Shown: positions 19,491 through 28,829 of the stretch, piece after piece
How positions within the stretch are numbered: the first letter of the stretch is position 1
Layout: each line of letters starts with the position of its first letter
Source of the DNA: Phycisphaerae bacterium
GTDB lineage: Bacteria > Planctomycetota > Phycisphaerae > UBA1845
Length of the DNA stretch: 64,000 nt
Direction of reading: 5' to 3'
Assembly (NCBI GenBank): GCA_963666835.2
Contig: CAXXGO010000006.1
Coordinates: forward strand, 1,632,001 to 1,696,000
Made by a program: the position numbers and the translations under genes
Notes under the pieces: model-generated
What the model saw: the letters and a program-made list of their open reading frames with translations, nothing else
Told to the model about the DNA's origin: nothing
The model's database searches: none

Positions 19491-19886
19491 TCAACGGCTA
19501 TGTACCATGACCGCCCACAGGACCACATAGGGTGCAACGAAAAGGAACAACGAGTAGGCCGAGATAATACCAGCACGAACGAGTCCGGTCTTGATTATCC
19601 GGCTGATGACCACAGTAGTGGCCAAGAACGCCAAAACGAGACCTTGAGGCAGTCCACCAAACGATATGAGGTAGGGCCCGGGAGGAAACATCGCCACGGC
19701 AACCCTGAGCGCGATCGCACATGCTACGTAGATGATCACGCAGGCCACCACGCAACGCGAATACGATGGGGGCTGTCCCCGCGTCACGCTCTTGCTCGCG
19801 AATTGCAGCACAAACGGGGCAACAGCAAGGCAGTACACAAACCACAGTTGGCTGGGGCTAGATGTCCAATACACGCCGGGAGTCAA
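19491..19886 (-). CDS. hypothetical membrane protein (about 4 TM)
   Basis: Hydrophobic ORF with TTG start; start uncertain, may be a fragment. Confidence 0.45.
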   Translation of the reverse strand: MTPGVYWTSSPSQLWFVYCLAVAPFVLQFASKSVTRGQPPSYSRCVVACVIIYVACAIALRVAVAMFPPGPYLISFGGLPQGLVLAFLATTVVISRIIKTGLVRAGIISAYSLFLFVAPYVVLWAVMVHSR

Positions 19887-20247
19887 CTCCGTATTCCCCG
19901 AGGTTCTCCAGTCTTCAGCTTGGAAGTCAACATCGTACCCGGCCGGTCCGGCCGACTCAAACTGAGGTATCCTCTCAGGAGAAGCGTTCCGACATCCGTG
20001 TCACCGGGCTCGCGCCGGGTGCTCCGATCGGCCCACGGTCGGTCGACGTGTTCCCTGATTCACCGGTTGCGCAGAGGTTCGTACCGGGAACGCTATGGGC
20101 ACTCCGCGACTTTGATACCGCTTGCGCTGGCTCTGGGACGAGTTGGTGGTATTATCGGGCTCGGCGTTGGAATGTCGCAGGGACATGCGTTCGCGAGTCA
20201 GGCCGAGCGCGATGATCCGCATAAGAACAGGGTTGCGGGAGCATTGA

Positions 20248-21480
20248 ATGACCGAATTCGTGCATGACACGCTGCCGTGCGGGATCGAGTATGCCGTCCG
20301 GCCTCTTCCCCGGCGGCACCTGGTCTGTTTCCAGCTTCGCGTGCTTGCCGGAACGTCCGGGGAGCCGGCGGACAAGCTCGGCATGGCTCGTCTGGCGGAA
20401 GAGACCATCACAAAGGGCACCGCTCGCCGCGGCGGGCGAGAGCTGTCTGACGCCTTCGATACGATCGGGGCGGGGCGCAGCTCCGGGACGGGGCGGGAGA
20501 CGACCACGTTCAACTGTTCGGTGCTGCCCGAGCACTTCGAACGGGCCGTGGCCTTGCATGCCGAGTTCCTCCGCACTCCGACGTTCCCCCAGGACGCCTT
20601 TGTGGTGAACGTGGACCTGACCCATCAGGAGCTGCTGGCGTTGGAGGACGACGCCCATAGTCTGCTCGGCAAGCTGCTGGATCGGCAAGCATTAGGTTCG
20701 GTGCTGGGCCGGCATCCGCTTGGCGAGAACGAGACGCTCGCGGCCATCTCACGCGATGACGTCGAGGACCACTGGCGGGCGAGCTTTCACGCCGGGCGCA
20801 TGCTGCTGGCCGTCTCTGGGGCGATTGAGCCGGAGACCGTTGCGAGAGTGTTCGAGGAGCAGTTTGCCGGCTTCGGCGACTCCCGGCCGGCGGGCCGTTC
20901 CCCTGCGGTTGTAGAGTTCACACCCGGGCGGTTCCATCACCACAAGGAGCTGGAACAGCAGCAGATGGGAATCAGTTGGCCCGGCGTGGACGCGACCCAC
21001 GACGACTACCCGGTACAGCAGGTAACCCTGGGGATTCTGTCCGGGGGGATGAGCTGCCGGCTGTTCACGGAGGTTCGAGAGAAGCAGGGTTTGGTCTATT
21101 GGGTAAGCGCCTGGCACGAAACGCCGCGCGGAACGGGGCTGATCTTCATGGGGGCTTCCACCACGCCGGACCGTTGTGACAAGACGTACTCGACACTTCT
21201 GCGTGAGGTGGACCGCCTGGCCGAGGATCTTGAACAGGACGAACTGGATCGGGCGATTACGGGTATCGTCGCCGCGCGGGAAACTCGCGGAGACCGCACG
21301 CGGGCTCAATGTTCGGAGCTGGCGAACGACTTGTTCTACTTCGGCAGGCCCGTCTCTTCCGAAGAGCGGATCGCCAAGATCGAAGCGGTGACGATGGCGG
21401 ACGTCCGTCGTTATCTATCCGGCTATCCGCGGGACCGACTGTGTGTAGTTACCCTCGGTCCTAGGCCCCTCGAGGGGTAA
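20248..21480 (+). CDS. M16 family peptidase, non-catalytic subunit
   Basis: M16 fold, HxxEH replaced by RLAEE, C-terminal SCRLFTEVREKQGLVY. Confidence 0.88.
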   Translation: MTEFVHDTLPCGIEYAVRPLPRRHLVCFQLRVLAGTSGEPADKLGMARLAEETITKGTARRGGRELSDAFDTIGAGRSSGTGRETTTFNCSVLPEHFERAVALHAEFLRTPTFPQDAFVVNVDLTHQELLALEDDAHSLLGKLLDRQALGSVLGRHPLGENETLAAISRDDVEDHWRASFHAGRMLLAVSGAIEPETVARVFEEQFAGFGDSRPAGRSPAVVEFTPGRFHHHKELEQQQMGISWPGVDATHDDYPVQQVTLGILSGGMSCRLFTEVREKQGLVYWVSAWHETPRGTGLIFMGASTTPDRCDKTYSTLLREVDRLAEDLEQDELDRAITGIVAARETRGDRTRAQCSELANDLFYFGRPVSSEERIAKIEAVTMADVRRYLSGYPRDRLCVVTLGPRPLEG

Positions 21481-21572
21481 GAAAGGAAGGCCGCTACGGT
21501 GGCGGTCTCCGTTCATGAGGAAGGGGCGAAGCAAGAGGTTTAGTTTCTCATTAATGCGCGGGGCGGTGATAC

Positions 21573-22814
21573 TTGAACGATCCATACACGTTACACACGC
21601 TTGACAACGGTCTACGCATCGTGATCGAGAAGATGCCCGATGTCCGCAGCGCCGCGGCGGGGTTTCTCGTCCGCACCGGTGCGCGCGATGAAGTCGCCGA
21701 GCTGGCCGGCGTGTCGCATTTCCTTGAGCACATGATGTTCAAGGGTACTTCGCGACGAAGCTGGCGGGATATCACAATCGACTTCGATCGGATGGGCAGC
21801 TTGTACAACGCCTTCACGAGCGAGGATCGCACCGTTTATTACGGCTGGGTGCGCCGGGCCGACATCGGCCGGCAGATCGAACTGCTCGCCGACATGATCC
21901 GTTCGACCCTGCCCGGTGAAGAGTTCGACATGGAGAAGAATGTCGTGCTCGAAGAGATCGCTATGGCCAAGGACCAATTGGAGCACCTGGCGTTCGACTT
22001 CCTTCAGGAGAAGGTCTTCGCCGGGCACCCGTTGGCCTGGCCGGTGCTGGGTTACGAGAAGACCGTCAGCGACCTCACCCGGGACGCCATGTGGGACTAC
22101 TTCTGCGAGCGATACTCTCCTGACAACATGCTCCTCATCGTAGCCGGGGACGTTGACGAAGGGGAGATTATAGGGCTGGCGGAGGCTCATTGTGGGGCCT
22201 GGACGGCATCGGGAACGACTTCCCGCCGAGAAGTTCCCACGATTCACTCGGGCGTCGACTCGTTACGGTTGGACCGGTTCAAGCAGCAGTTTGTGGCTTT
22301 GACGTACCCGGCGGTCAGCTCCGCGGACGAGCGGTCGGAGACCGCGTCTGCGGCCGCCACCATTCTGGGCGGGGAGAACTCCCGCTTTTACTGGGATATA
22401 ATACAGACGGGCTTGAGTTCGCGAGCGGGGGTGTACCACCTGGACTATCCGGATTGTGGAGCGATGTTGCTGTACGGAACCTGCCCGCCGGAGGGTACGG
22501 AGCGTCTTTTGGAAGCAATGCGGGCCGAAGCGAAACAAATCTGTGGGGAGCGGGTACAAGAGCATGAGGTCGCCCGCGTAAAGAACCGGCGTCGGACCTC
22601 ATTGGCGGCCGAGTGCGAAGCGCCTTATTATCGTCTCACGCAGTTGATGGAGGACATGGAGAGCCGTGGAGCGCCGCGCACCGTAGAGCAGACTCTGGCG
22701 GAGGTCGATGCCGTTACCGCGGATTCTATCCACGAATACCTCGAGGCTTTCCCAATTGACGGGGCGGGCCATTTGACGGTCGTGGGGCCTGGGGAGTGGG
22801 CCGGGCAAGGGTGA
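21573..22814 (+). CDS. M16 family zinc peptidase, catalytic subunit
   Basis: GVSHFLEHMMFKGT (HxxEH), NAFTS, EKNVVLEE; TTG start. Confidence 0.92.
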   Translation: MNDPYTLHTLDNGLRIVIEKMPDVRSAAAGFLVRTGARDEVAELAGVSHFLEHMMFKGTSRRSWRDITIDFDRMGSLYNAFTSEDRTVYYGWVRRADIGRQIELLADMIRSTLPGEEFDMEKNVVLEEIAMAKDQLEHLAFDFLQEKVFAGHPLAWPVLGYEKTVSDLTRDAMWDYFCERYSPDNMLLIVAGDVDEGEIIGLAEAHCGAWTASGTTSRREVPTIHSGVDSLRLDRFKQQFVALTYPAVSSADERSETASAAATILGGENSRFYWDIIQTGLSSRAGVYHLDYPDCGAMLLYGTCPPEGTERLLEAMRAEAKQICGERVQEHEVARVKNRRRTSLAAECEAPYYRLTQLMEDMESRGAPRTVEQTLAEVDAVTADSIHEYLEAFPIDGAGHLTVVGPGEWAGQG

Positions 22815-22888
22815 GCCGCCAAGGGGCGCGGGGACGTGATTCGGTGTTAGAATGCCGATCACGACAATGAAACACTGTCCGGAGGGGC

Positions 22889-23773
22889 ATGTCGCTGCTT
22901 TTTTCGGCCTGCGACGGATTTGATATGGGTAACGCAGAACCGCTGGATATCAAGGTCATCTACAGCTCTTCGTCCCGCCCGCGCAAGGTGCGCCGCAAGG
23001 CTGCGCCGCCGCCACCGAAAGAGAAGAAGCCCCCGCCACCGCCCAAAGCCAAAAAGAGTGGCAGATCGCCATCGTCCGGAGTGCTTCTGGGTTTCGTCAC
23101 CTTGGGCGTGGCCGGCCTGCTTGCGTACGTCACTTGGTGGCAGATAGACAGTTTCCTCTATCGCACGATGGCGATGAAGACGCCTATTCCCGGTGTGGAT
23201 CTCAATCAGGTCGCTGGGATGATTGCTCCGGCGGCGTCCTCGGGGGCACCGCCGGCCGCCGCCGCGCCTGTCGCGCCCGGGGGCCTTGATGCGACGGCGT
23301 CGATAATCTTGGCGGCGTACTCATGGCTGACGTGCGCGACGATTGCGTCTTGTGTTCTGGCGTTTTCCGGCGGGGCTCTGCTTGGTCGGGCGGGCGGCTC
23401 GGCTTTGCGTTTGGTTGGCACGCTCGTGGCGGTCGGTGGCGCTGGATGGTTGGCGTGGGAGGTCTACCGTGACCTGACTGATTTCGGTTCGGGATACCCC
23501 CCGAACCACCTCCGAGCGGGCTGGTGCGCTTTTGTTGTGGTCATGGCGTTTGTCGGCCTGGCGTGGGGGCGAAACGTCCGAGGTCTCACTCGGCTGGCCG
23601 CGCTTGCCCTGATCGTATCGGCTCTGGTCACAGTTGCGGGCTTGTACGTCGGAGGGCAGCACGACGCCCTCTCGCCTGAACGAACGACGTCGACCTACAT
23701 GATTACGGCCTTCGTGGTTCACTCGCTGTACGGTTGGATTCTCCTGCCGATATCGTTCCGGATTCGCCAATAG
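22889..23773 (+). CDS. hypothetical membrane protein with Pro/Lys-rich N-terminus
   Basis: About 6 TM segments; GGAGG RBS. Confidence 0.7.
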   Translation: MSLLFSACDGFDMGNAEPLDIKVIYSSSSRPRKVRRKAAPPPPKEKKPPPPPKAKKSGRSPSSGVLLGFVTLGVAGLLAYVTWWQIDSFLYRTMAMKTPIPGVDLNQVAGMIAPAASSGAPPAAAAPVAPGGLDATASIILAAYSWLTCATIASCVLAFSGGALLGRAGGSALRLVGTLVAVGGAGWLAWEVYRDLTDFGSGYPPNHLRAGWCAFVVVMAFVGLAWGRNVRGLTRLAALALIVSALVTVAGLYVGGQHDALSPERTTSTYMITAFVVHSLYGWILLPISFRIRQ

Positions 23774-23784
23774 GCTTGCAGAGG

Positions 23785-23812
23785 TTGCCAGCCGGTGACG
23801 GCGTGGTATCTT
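23785..23812 (+). promoter_or_regulatory. sigma-70-type promoter of tRNA-Val
   Basis: TTGCCA-N16-TATCTT with extended TG, just upstream of the tRNA. Confidence 0.55.
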
Positions 23813-23823
23813 GCAGGCGGCGC

Positions 23824-23897
23824 GGGCGATTAGCTCAGTTGGCCAGAGCGCCGCCCTTACAAGGCGGAAGTCACAGGTTCAAGTCCTGTATCGCCCA
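23824..23897 (+). tRNA. tRNA-Val (TAC)
   Basis: Acceptor GGGCGAT/ATCGCCC, D arm AGCTCAGTTGG, anticodon stem CCGCC/GGCGG with TAC, T loop GGTTCAAGTCC; CCA not encoded. Confidence 0.97.
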
Positions 23898-24079
23898 GTT
23901 TCGAGTTTCGTTGGCGGTTCGTATCTGCGGATCGCCAAGGCTCGGATGCTCCCTAATCGCGGATCGTTCGCCGGGGTGTGCGGTCCGACACGTGCTGCGG
24001 TTGCTGAGAATACTGACTTGGTCGGCGGTTGAAGATTGCGCACCCCCCCCAGAAAATAGGTGACTGTCCCTAATTAAGA

Positions 24080-24118
24080 GAAAGCCGCCGGGCTCCGCTG
24101 GGGAGCCTGACGGCTTTC
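24080..24118 (-). terminator. intrinsic terminator of dnaK (possibly bidirectional)
   Basis: GAAAGCCGCCGGGCTCC...GGAGCCTGACGGCTTTC hairpin with T-rich tail on the minus strand. Confidence 0.75.
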
Positions 24119-24152
24119 GGCGCTACGAGCACCTGTGGGCCTCGGGGATGGC

Positions 24153-26066
24153 CTATTTACTGTCCTTGACCTCGAATTCGGCGTCGATCACATCGTCATC
24201 TTTGGGGGCTTCCGGCGCTTCGCCGGTCGGGGGCGGTCCGCCGGCCGCGGCTTGCTGCTTGGCAGCCTCCTCATAGATGATCTTCCCGATCGTCTGGGCA
24301 TCCTGCATCAAGGTCTCTTGGGCCTTCTTGATGGCCTCGGCATCGTCGCCCTTGAGGGTCTCGCGAAGCTGGTTGACCGCGGACTCCACCTTCGCCCTTT
24401 CATCGGCTGGGACCTTCTCGCCGTGCTCCTTGAGCTGCTGCTCAATCTGATAGGCGAGGTTCTCCGCTTCGTTGCGGGTCTTTATGAACTCGGCCTTCTT
24501 GAGATCGTCGGCCGCATGCACCTGGGCGTCCTTCTTCATCTTCTCGATCTCTTCGGCGGAGAGACCGCCGCTGCCTTCGATTCGGATGGACTGCTCCTTA
24601 CCAGTGGCTTTGTCTTTGGCCGAAACGCTGATGATCCCGTTGCGGTCGATGTCGAACGTGACCTCAATCTGCGGGATTCCGCGCGGCGCGGCCGCAATGC
24701 CGGTGAGGTTGAAACGCCCCAGCGTGCGGTTGTCGATCGCCATAGGCCGGTTGCCCTGCAGAACATGGATGGTCACTTCCGTCTGACCATCGGCCGCTGT
24801 GGAGAACGTCTCTGCCTTTGAGGTCGGGATGGTCGTGTTGGCCTCGATCAGCGGGGTGGCCACACCGCCGAGCGTTTCGACACCCAGTGTCAACGGGGTG
24901 ACATCGAGCAGGACGATATCCTCTTTGTCGCCGGCGAGCACGGCACCCTGAATCGCGGCCCCTACGGCCACGACCTCATCGGGGTTGATGCTGCGGTTCG
25001 GCTCTCGGCCGAAGATCTCCTTGCAAAGGGCCTGGACGGCGGGGATCCTTGTGGAACCGCCGACCAAGACCACGTCGTCAATGTCCTTGGCGGTGATCTT
25101 GGCTCCCTCGAGCACGTCCATGACCGGTTTGCGGCAGCGTTCGGTCAGCTTGTTGGTAAGCTGCTCGAACAGGCTGCGGGTCACCGTTACCTGGAGGTGC
25201 TTCGGTCCTGTCTCGGTAGCCGTGATGTACGGCAGGTTGATCGACGTTTCGAGGACGGTGGACAGCTCGCACTTGGCCTTCTCGGCGGCTTCTTTGAGCC
25301 GCTGCAGGGCCATCGGATCGTTCCGCAGATCAATACCCTCCTGCTTGCGGAACTCCTCGGCGAGATAGTGGATCAGCTCCTCGTCGTAGTCGTCGCCACC
25401 GAGGTGCCCGTCGCCGCTGGTGCTCTTGACCTCAAAAGTGCCGATCTCCGGATCGATTTCCAGGATCGAGACGTCGAAGGTCCCGCCACCAAGATCGAAG
25501 ACCGCAATCGTCTGCTCTTTCTTCTTGTCCAAGCCATAGGCCAGTGCGGCGGCGGTCGGCTCGTTGATGATCCGCTCGACGGCGAGCCCGGCGATTTCCC
25601 CGGCGTCCTTCGTGGCCTTTCTCTGGGAGTCGTTGAAGTATGCCGGGACCGTAATCACCGCGCGCTCGACCTTGTGACCGAGGTAGTCCTCGGCGGTTTT
25701 CTTGAGGTCCTGGAGGACCATGGCGCTGATCTCGGGCGGCGTATACTCCTTGCCGCGAACGTCGACCTTGACCAGTTCCTCCGGTCCACCGGCGATCTTG
25801 TACGGGACCATCTTCTCCTCGCTGGCAACTTCGTTGTGCCGGCGTCCCATGAACCGCTTGATGGAGTGGATGGTGTTTTCCGGGTTGGTTACTTGTTGGT
25901 GTCGGGCTACCTGCCCAACCAGGCGGTCGCCTTTGTCCGTGACCGCCACCACCGACGGAGTAAGGCGAAGCCCGTGGGCGTTGGTCAGTACCTTGGCCTG
26001 GTCGCCTTCCATGACCGCCACGACGGAGTTAGTCGTCCCCAAGTCGATTCCGATGATCTTCGACAT
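24153..26066 (-). CDS. dnaK: molecular chaperone DnaK
   Basis: [41 protein letters not shown]-terminal DVIDAEFE. Confidence 0.99.
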   Translation of the reverse strand: MSKIIGIDLGTTNSVVAVMEGDQAKVLTNAHGLRLTPSVVAVTDKGDRLVGQVARHQQVTNPENTIHSIKRFMGRRHNEVASEEKMVPYKIAGGPEELVKVDVRGKEYTPPEISAMVLQDLKKTAEDYLGHKVERAVITVPAYFNDSQRKATKDAGEIAGLAVERIINEPTAAALAYGLDKKKEQTIAVFDLGGGTFDVSILEIDPEIGTFEVKSTSGDGHLGGDDYDEELIHYLAEEFRKQEGIDLRNDPMALQRLKEAAEKAKCELSTVLETSINLPYITATETGPKHLQVTVTRSLFEQLTNKLTERCRKPVMDVLEGAKITAKDIDDVVLVGGSTRIPAVQALCKEIFGREPNRSINPDEVVAVGAAIQGAVLAGDKEDIVLLDVTPLTLGVETLGGVATPLIEANTTIPTSKAETFSTAADGQTEVTIHVLQGNRPMAIDNRTLGRFNLTGIAAAPRGIPQIEVTFDIDRNGIISVSAKDKATGKEQSIRIEGSGGLSAEEIEKMKKDAQVHAADDLKKAEFIKTRNEAENLAYQIEQQLKEHGEKVPADERAKVESAVNQLRETLKGDDAEAIKKAQETLMQDAQTIGKIIYEEAAKQQAAAGGPPPTGEAPEAPKDDDVIDAEFEVKDSK

Positions 26067-26132
26067 CCGATTCTCCTTCATCTCCTGAAGCGCGCCGCCA
26101 AACGACACGCCGAGTAATCCGCAATACCGGTG

Positions 26133-26148
26133 AGCAGACGGCGTGCCA
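26133..26148 (-). promoter_or_regulatory. sigma-54 (-24/-12) promoter upstream of dnaK
   Basis: Minus strand TGGCACG-CCGT-CTGCT matches TGGCACG-N4-TTGCW with correct GG/GC spacing. Confidence 0.65.
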
Positions 26149-26487
26149 GCTTCGCCTGACGATTCAGCCCTGTAAACTACTTAATAGCAGAAAGTTATGG
26201 GTGGCAGATTCGGGCGGCATCCGTGGTCTGCCAACGTGACAGGTTTACGGACTGCGGATTTGGCACGTTGGCAGAGGAAAACGCGGTGTCGGAGGGCGGT
26301 TGGATCCAGTGTGCGGGAAGCGGGCCGTCAGCCACCTTGCTTCCCATTATCACGTGGAGACGAGGCCAGCCGAGTTCTAATGGAGACGGGCGGAGAGACA
26401 CGGTGAGATTGTCAAGGTGAAGCCGGAGAGCTATAGACCCGGGAGAGGTACGGGGTTTCTGCCGAATGAGCCTTTTCCGGGACAATA

Positions 26488-26826
26488 ATGATGATCCAGG
26501 ATGTGCTACAGAGGATTGACTTCGCGGATGGCGAGATCGTCGAGTATCGAGTTGTTGGTGCGCGCTTGGAGATGAGATTTCGCGATTGGAGGGAGAAGTT
26601 GTGGGACATTTCGTTTCATGATGTTGCAGCGGTTGAATCGTACTGCTTCTGTGCCGAATTGGGAGGAGCCCGCTTCGACCTCGATGACGGGTTCGCCCAT
26701 CGTACCGCCCAGTCTGCCGGTGGTGAGGAGGAAACCGGATTGACGTGCGTTTCGTTTGATGGTGCTTCGGAGAATAGGCCGGTTTTGCGCCTACTCGCCC
26801 GGGGCTGCGAGGTGGTAGAACATTGA
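26488..26826 (+). CDS. small acidic hypothetical protein
   Basis: 112-aa ORF with protein-like composition, isolated. Confidence 0.65.
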   Translation: MMIQDVLQRIDFADGEIVEYRVVGARLEMRFRDWREKLWDISFHDVAAVESYCFCAELGGARFDLDDGFAHRTAQSAGGEEETGLTCVSFDGASENRPVLRLLARGCEVVEH

Positions 26827-27140
26827 GAACACTGCGCTGGCAGCGAGCTACGCGCTTGCTGAGTGCGACAGGGCATCCGTAGGGCACCACTTCGTAAAAT
26901 CCAGCGGCGGGCGGATGCCGGGGAGCCCGGAATCCGGCGGTCACGCGCATTCTGCCCTTCGGACGCCGGGGGCGGATCGCCCACAAGCGTCGCAACCCCA
27001 GTTCTGACAATGCCTTAAGGTGCAGAAGTCCGGGGAGATTCTCCGGGGCGGTTTGGGCCCGCTCGGATCACTTTGACTCACGCCCGACGACACTGAATTC
27101 TTGGGTTGGGCCTCGCCATTGGCCGATAAACTAACAGATT

Positions 27141-27623
27141 ATGGCCACCGAACCGTTTGAAACCGCCGAGGCCCACGGCGTCCCCACCGTGCGCCAGCAG
27201 TCCATCTTCGTGGAGAACCGCATCGGGCAGCTTCTGCAACTGACGAGGCTGTTCGACAACGCGGACATTCGCATCCTGGCCGTCTCGGTCGTTTACTCGG
27301 TCGATTGTGCGATCTGCCGGATGATCCTCGATGATCCGGACCGGGCCTGCGAGGCATTGAGCGATGCCCGCTTCCAGGTCAGCGAGTCTGAACTTCTCGT
27401 GGTTAGTCTCCCGCACGGGCGGAGGGCGTTGTTGGGAACCTGGGCGGCTTTGCTCGGGGGTGAGATCAACATTCATTATGCCTATCCGCTCCTGATCCAT
27501 CCTCGCGGGTGTGCCGCCTTGGCGATTGTCCCCGACAGCATCGAGCAGGCGGTGGTGGTGCTGCGCGAGCGGGGGTACGACGTGCTCGACGAACAGGACC
27601 TGTTCGACGTCCGCAACGAGTAG
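27141..27623 (+). CDS. tandem ACT-domain protein
   Basis: RQQSIFVENRIGQL, INIHYAY; two ACT-like repeats. Confidence 0.85.
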   Translation: MATEPFETAEAHGVPTVRQQSIFVENRIGQLLQLTRLFDNADIRILAVSVVYSVDCAICRMILDDPDRACEALSDARFQVSESELLVVSLPHGRRALLGTWAALLGGEINIHYAYPLLIHPRGCAALAIVPDSIEQAVVVLRERGYDVLDEQDLFDVRNE

Positions 27624-27746
27624 CCTGCCCATCTTGTGCCACTTCGAGTGAGCACCGATCTCCGTTACGGAGACTCTACCCCACCTTACGCGATAGATCC
27701 GTATCGCTTTCAAGTCAGTTAAGTCTCGCCTAGAATCCCGACCGGA

Positions 27747-28823
27747 ATGAGTGTGCGCGTTCTTCACGTGGTTGAATCGTCGTCGCCCGAGGCGGGCTCG
27801 TTGGCGGCGTCCCTGCGCGGGCTGTTTCCGGCTCTGGGTGCTCACGAGATCGAATCCGACGCGATCGGTGGGGACCGGTTGCCTGGTGCGCTCGACGGTC
27901 TGGCCTCGCATGCGGGATTCGACCCCAACACGATCGGACAGCAGGTCCGACGGGCCGATGTCGTGCATATTCACGGGTGGGGGACCGTTGCCGCCCGCGG
28001 CGCGGCTGCGGCGGCGCGGAAAGCGAAGACTCCCTATCTGATTTCCCCGGTGGGGGGGCTGCTAGAGGGACCTTTCCGCCGGAAGACTTGGCGGGACAAG
28101 TTACGTGGGCTGCTGGGCGAGAACGGGCTGGTTCGCGGTGCGGCCCTTGTGGCCGCCGTCAATGAGCGCGAGCGGTCGGCTCTGCGGGAATCCGGGCTTC
28201 AAGAGGTACGGACACTGCCGTACGGATTGGCGTTCGGTGACTACTCCGACCTGCCGACAACCGACCTTCCGGCAGTTCCGGACGGCCCATGTTTGCTACT
28301 GCTCGGACCGATCGATCCGGTTGAGGGGTTGGTGCCGTTCATGAAGGCCTTCGCCGAGGTTGGTGACTTGGCTGACGGATGGAATCTGATTCTGGCCGGG
28401 CCTGAGACCGGTTCGTGGCGGAAGATGTTAGAGGCGGCAGTTCGGCGGAAGGGCGGAGCCGATCGTGTGAAGTTCGTGCCTGCGCCGGATGTTCCCAGCC
28501 AGCGGGGCTGGCTGGCGCGGGCGTCGGTGGTGGCCGCCCCGGCCTTGCACTATCGCCCGGCCACGTCCACTGTGCAGGCTCTTGCGGCGGGGGTCGCGGT
28601 GTTGGCATCGGACCGCGTCGTTCCCGACGGGTTGGATGGTGCGGTTGATGTCTTCGCGCCGACCCGAGAGGCGATGCGGGCGGCACTGCGCGATGTTTTG
28701 CAGTCCCTCGATTCACAACGCACCGAACGAGTCGGGAAGGCTCGCGAGGCGGCGCGTTCCTTACTGGATTGGTCGGTACTCGTAGAGCGTTATGCCCAGC
28801 TCTATCGGGAACTTGCCCGGTAG
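27747..28823 (+). CDS. GT4-family glycosyltransferase
   Basis: RVLHVV, DVVHIHG, PYLISPVG, LILAGP, QALAAGVAVLAS; GT-B fold pattern. Confidence 0.8.
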   Translation: MSVRVLHVVESSSPEAGSLAASLRGLFPALGAHEIESDAIGGDRLPGALDGLASHAGFDPNTIGQQVRRADVVHIHGWGTVAARGAAAAARKAKTPYLISPVGGLLEGPFRRKTWRDKLRGLLGENGLVRGAALVAAVNERERSALRESGLQEVRTLPYGLAFGDYSDLPTTDLPAVPDGPCLLLLGPIDPVEGLVPFMKAFAEVGDLADGWNLILAGPETGSWRKMLEAAVRRKGGADRVKFVPAPDVPSQRGWLARASVVAAPALHYRPATSTVQALAAGVAVLASDRVVPDGLDGAVDVFAPTREAMRAALRDVLQSLDSQRTERVGKAREAARSLLDWSVLVERYAQLYRELAR

Positions 28824-28829
28824 GACCTG

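Noticed and set aside
19326..20267. 313-aa plus-strand ORF
   Set aside because: Begins inside a REP hairpin, has non-protein-like Arg/Ser-rich composition, and is antisense to the 19491 membrane ORF
23915..23938. att remnant of tRNA-Val (GCGGTTCGTATCTGC...ATCGCCA)
   Set aside because: Only a weak T-arm-like resemblance; too short and diverged to support
26070..26300. CIRCE/HrcA operator at dnaK
   Set aside because: No TTAGCACTC-N9-GAGTGCTAA match
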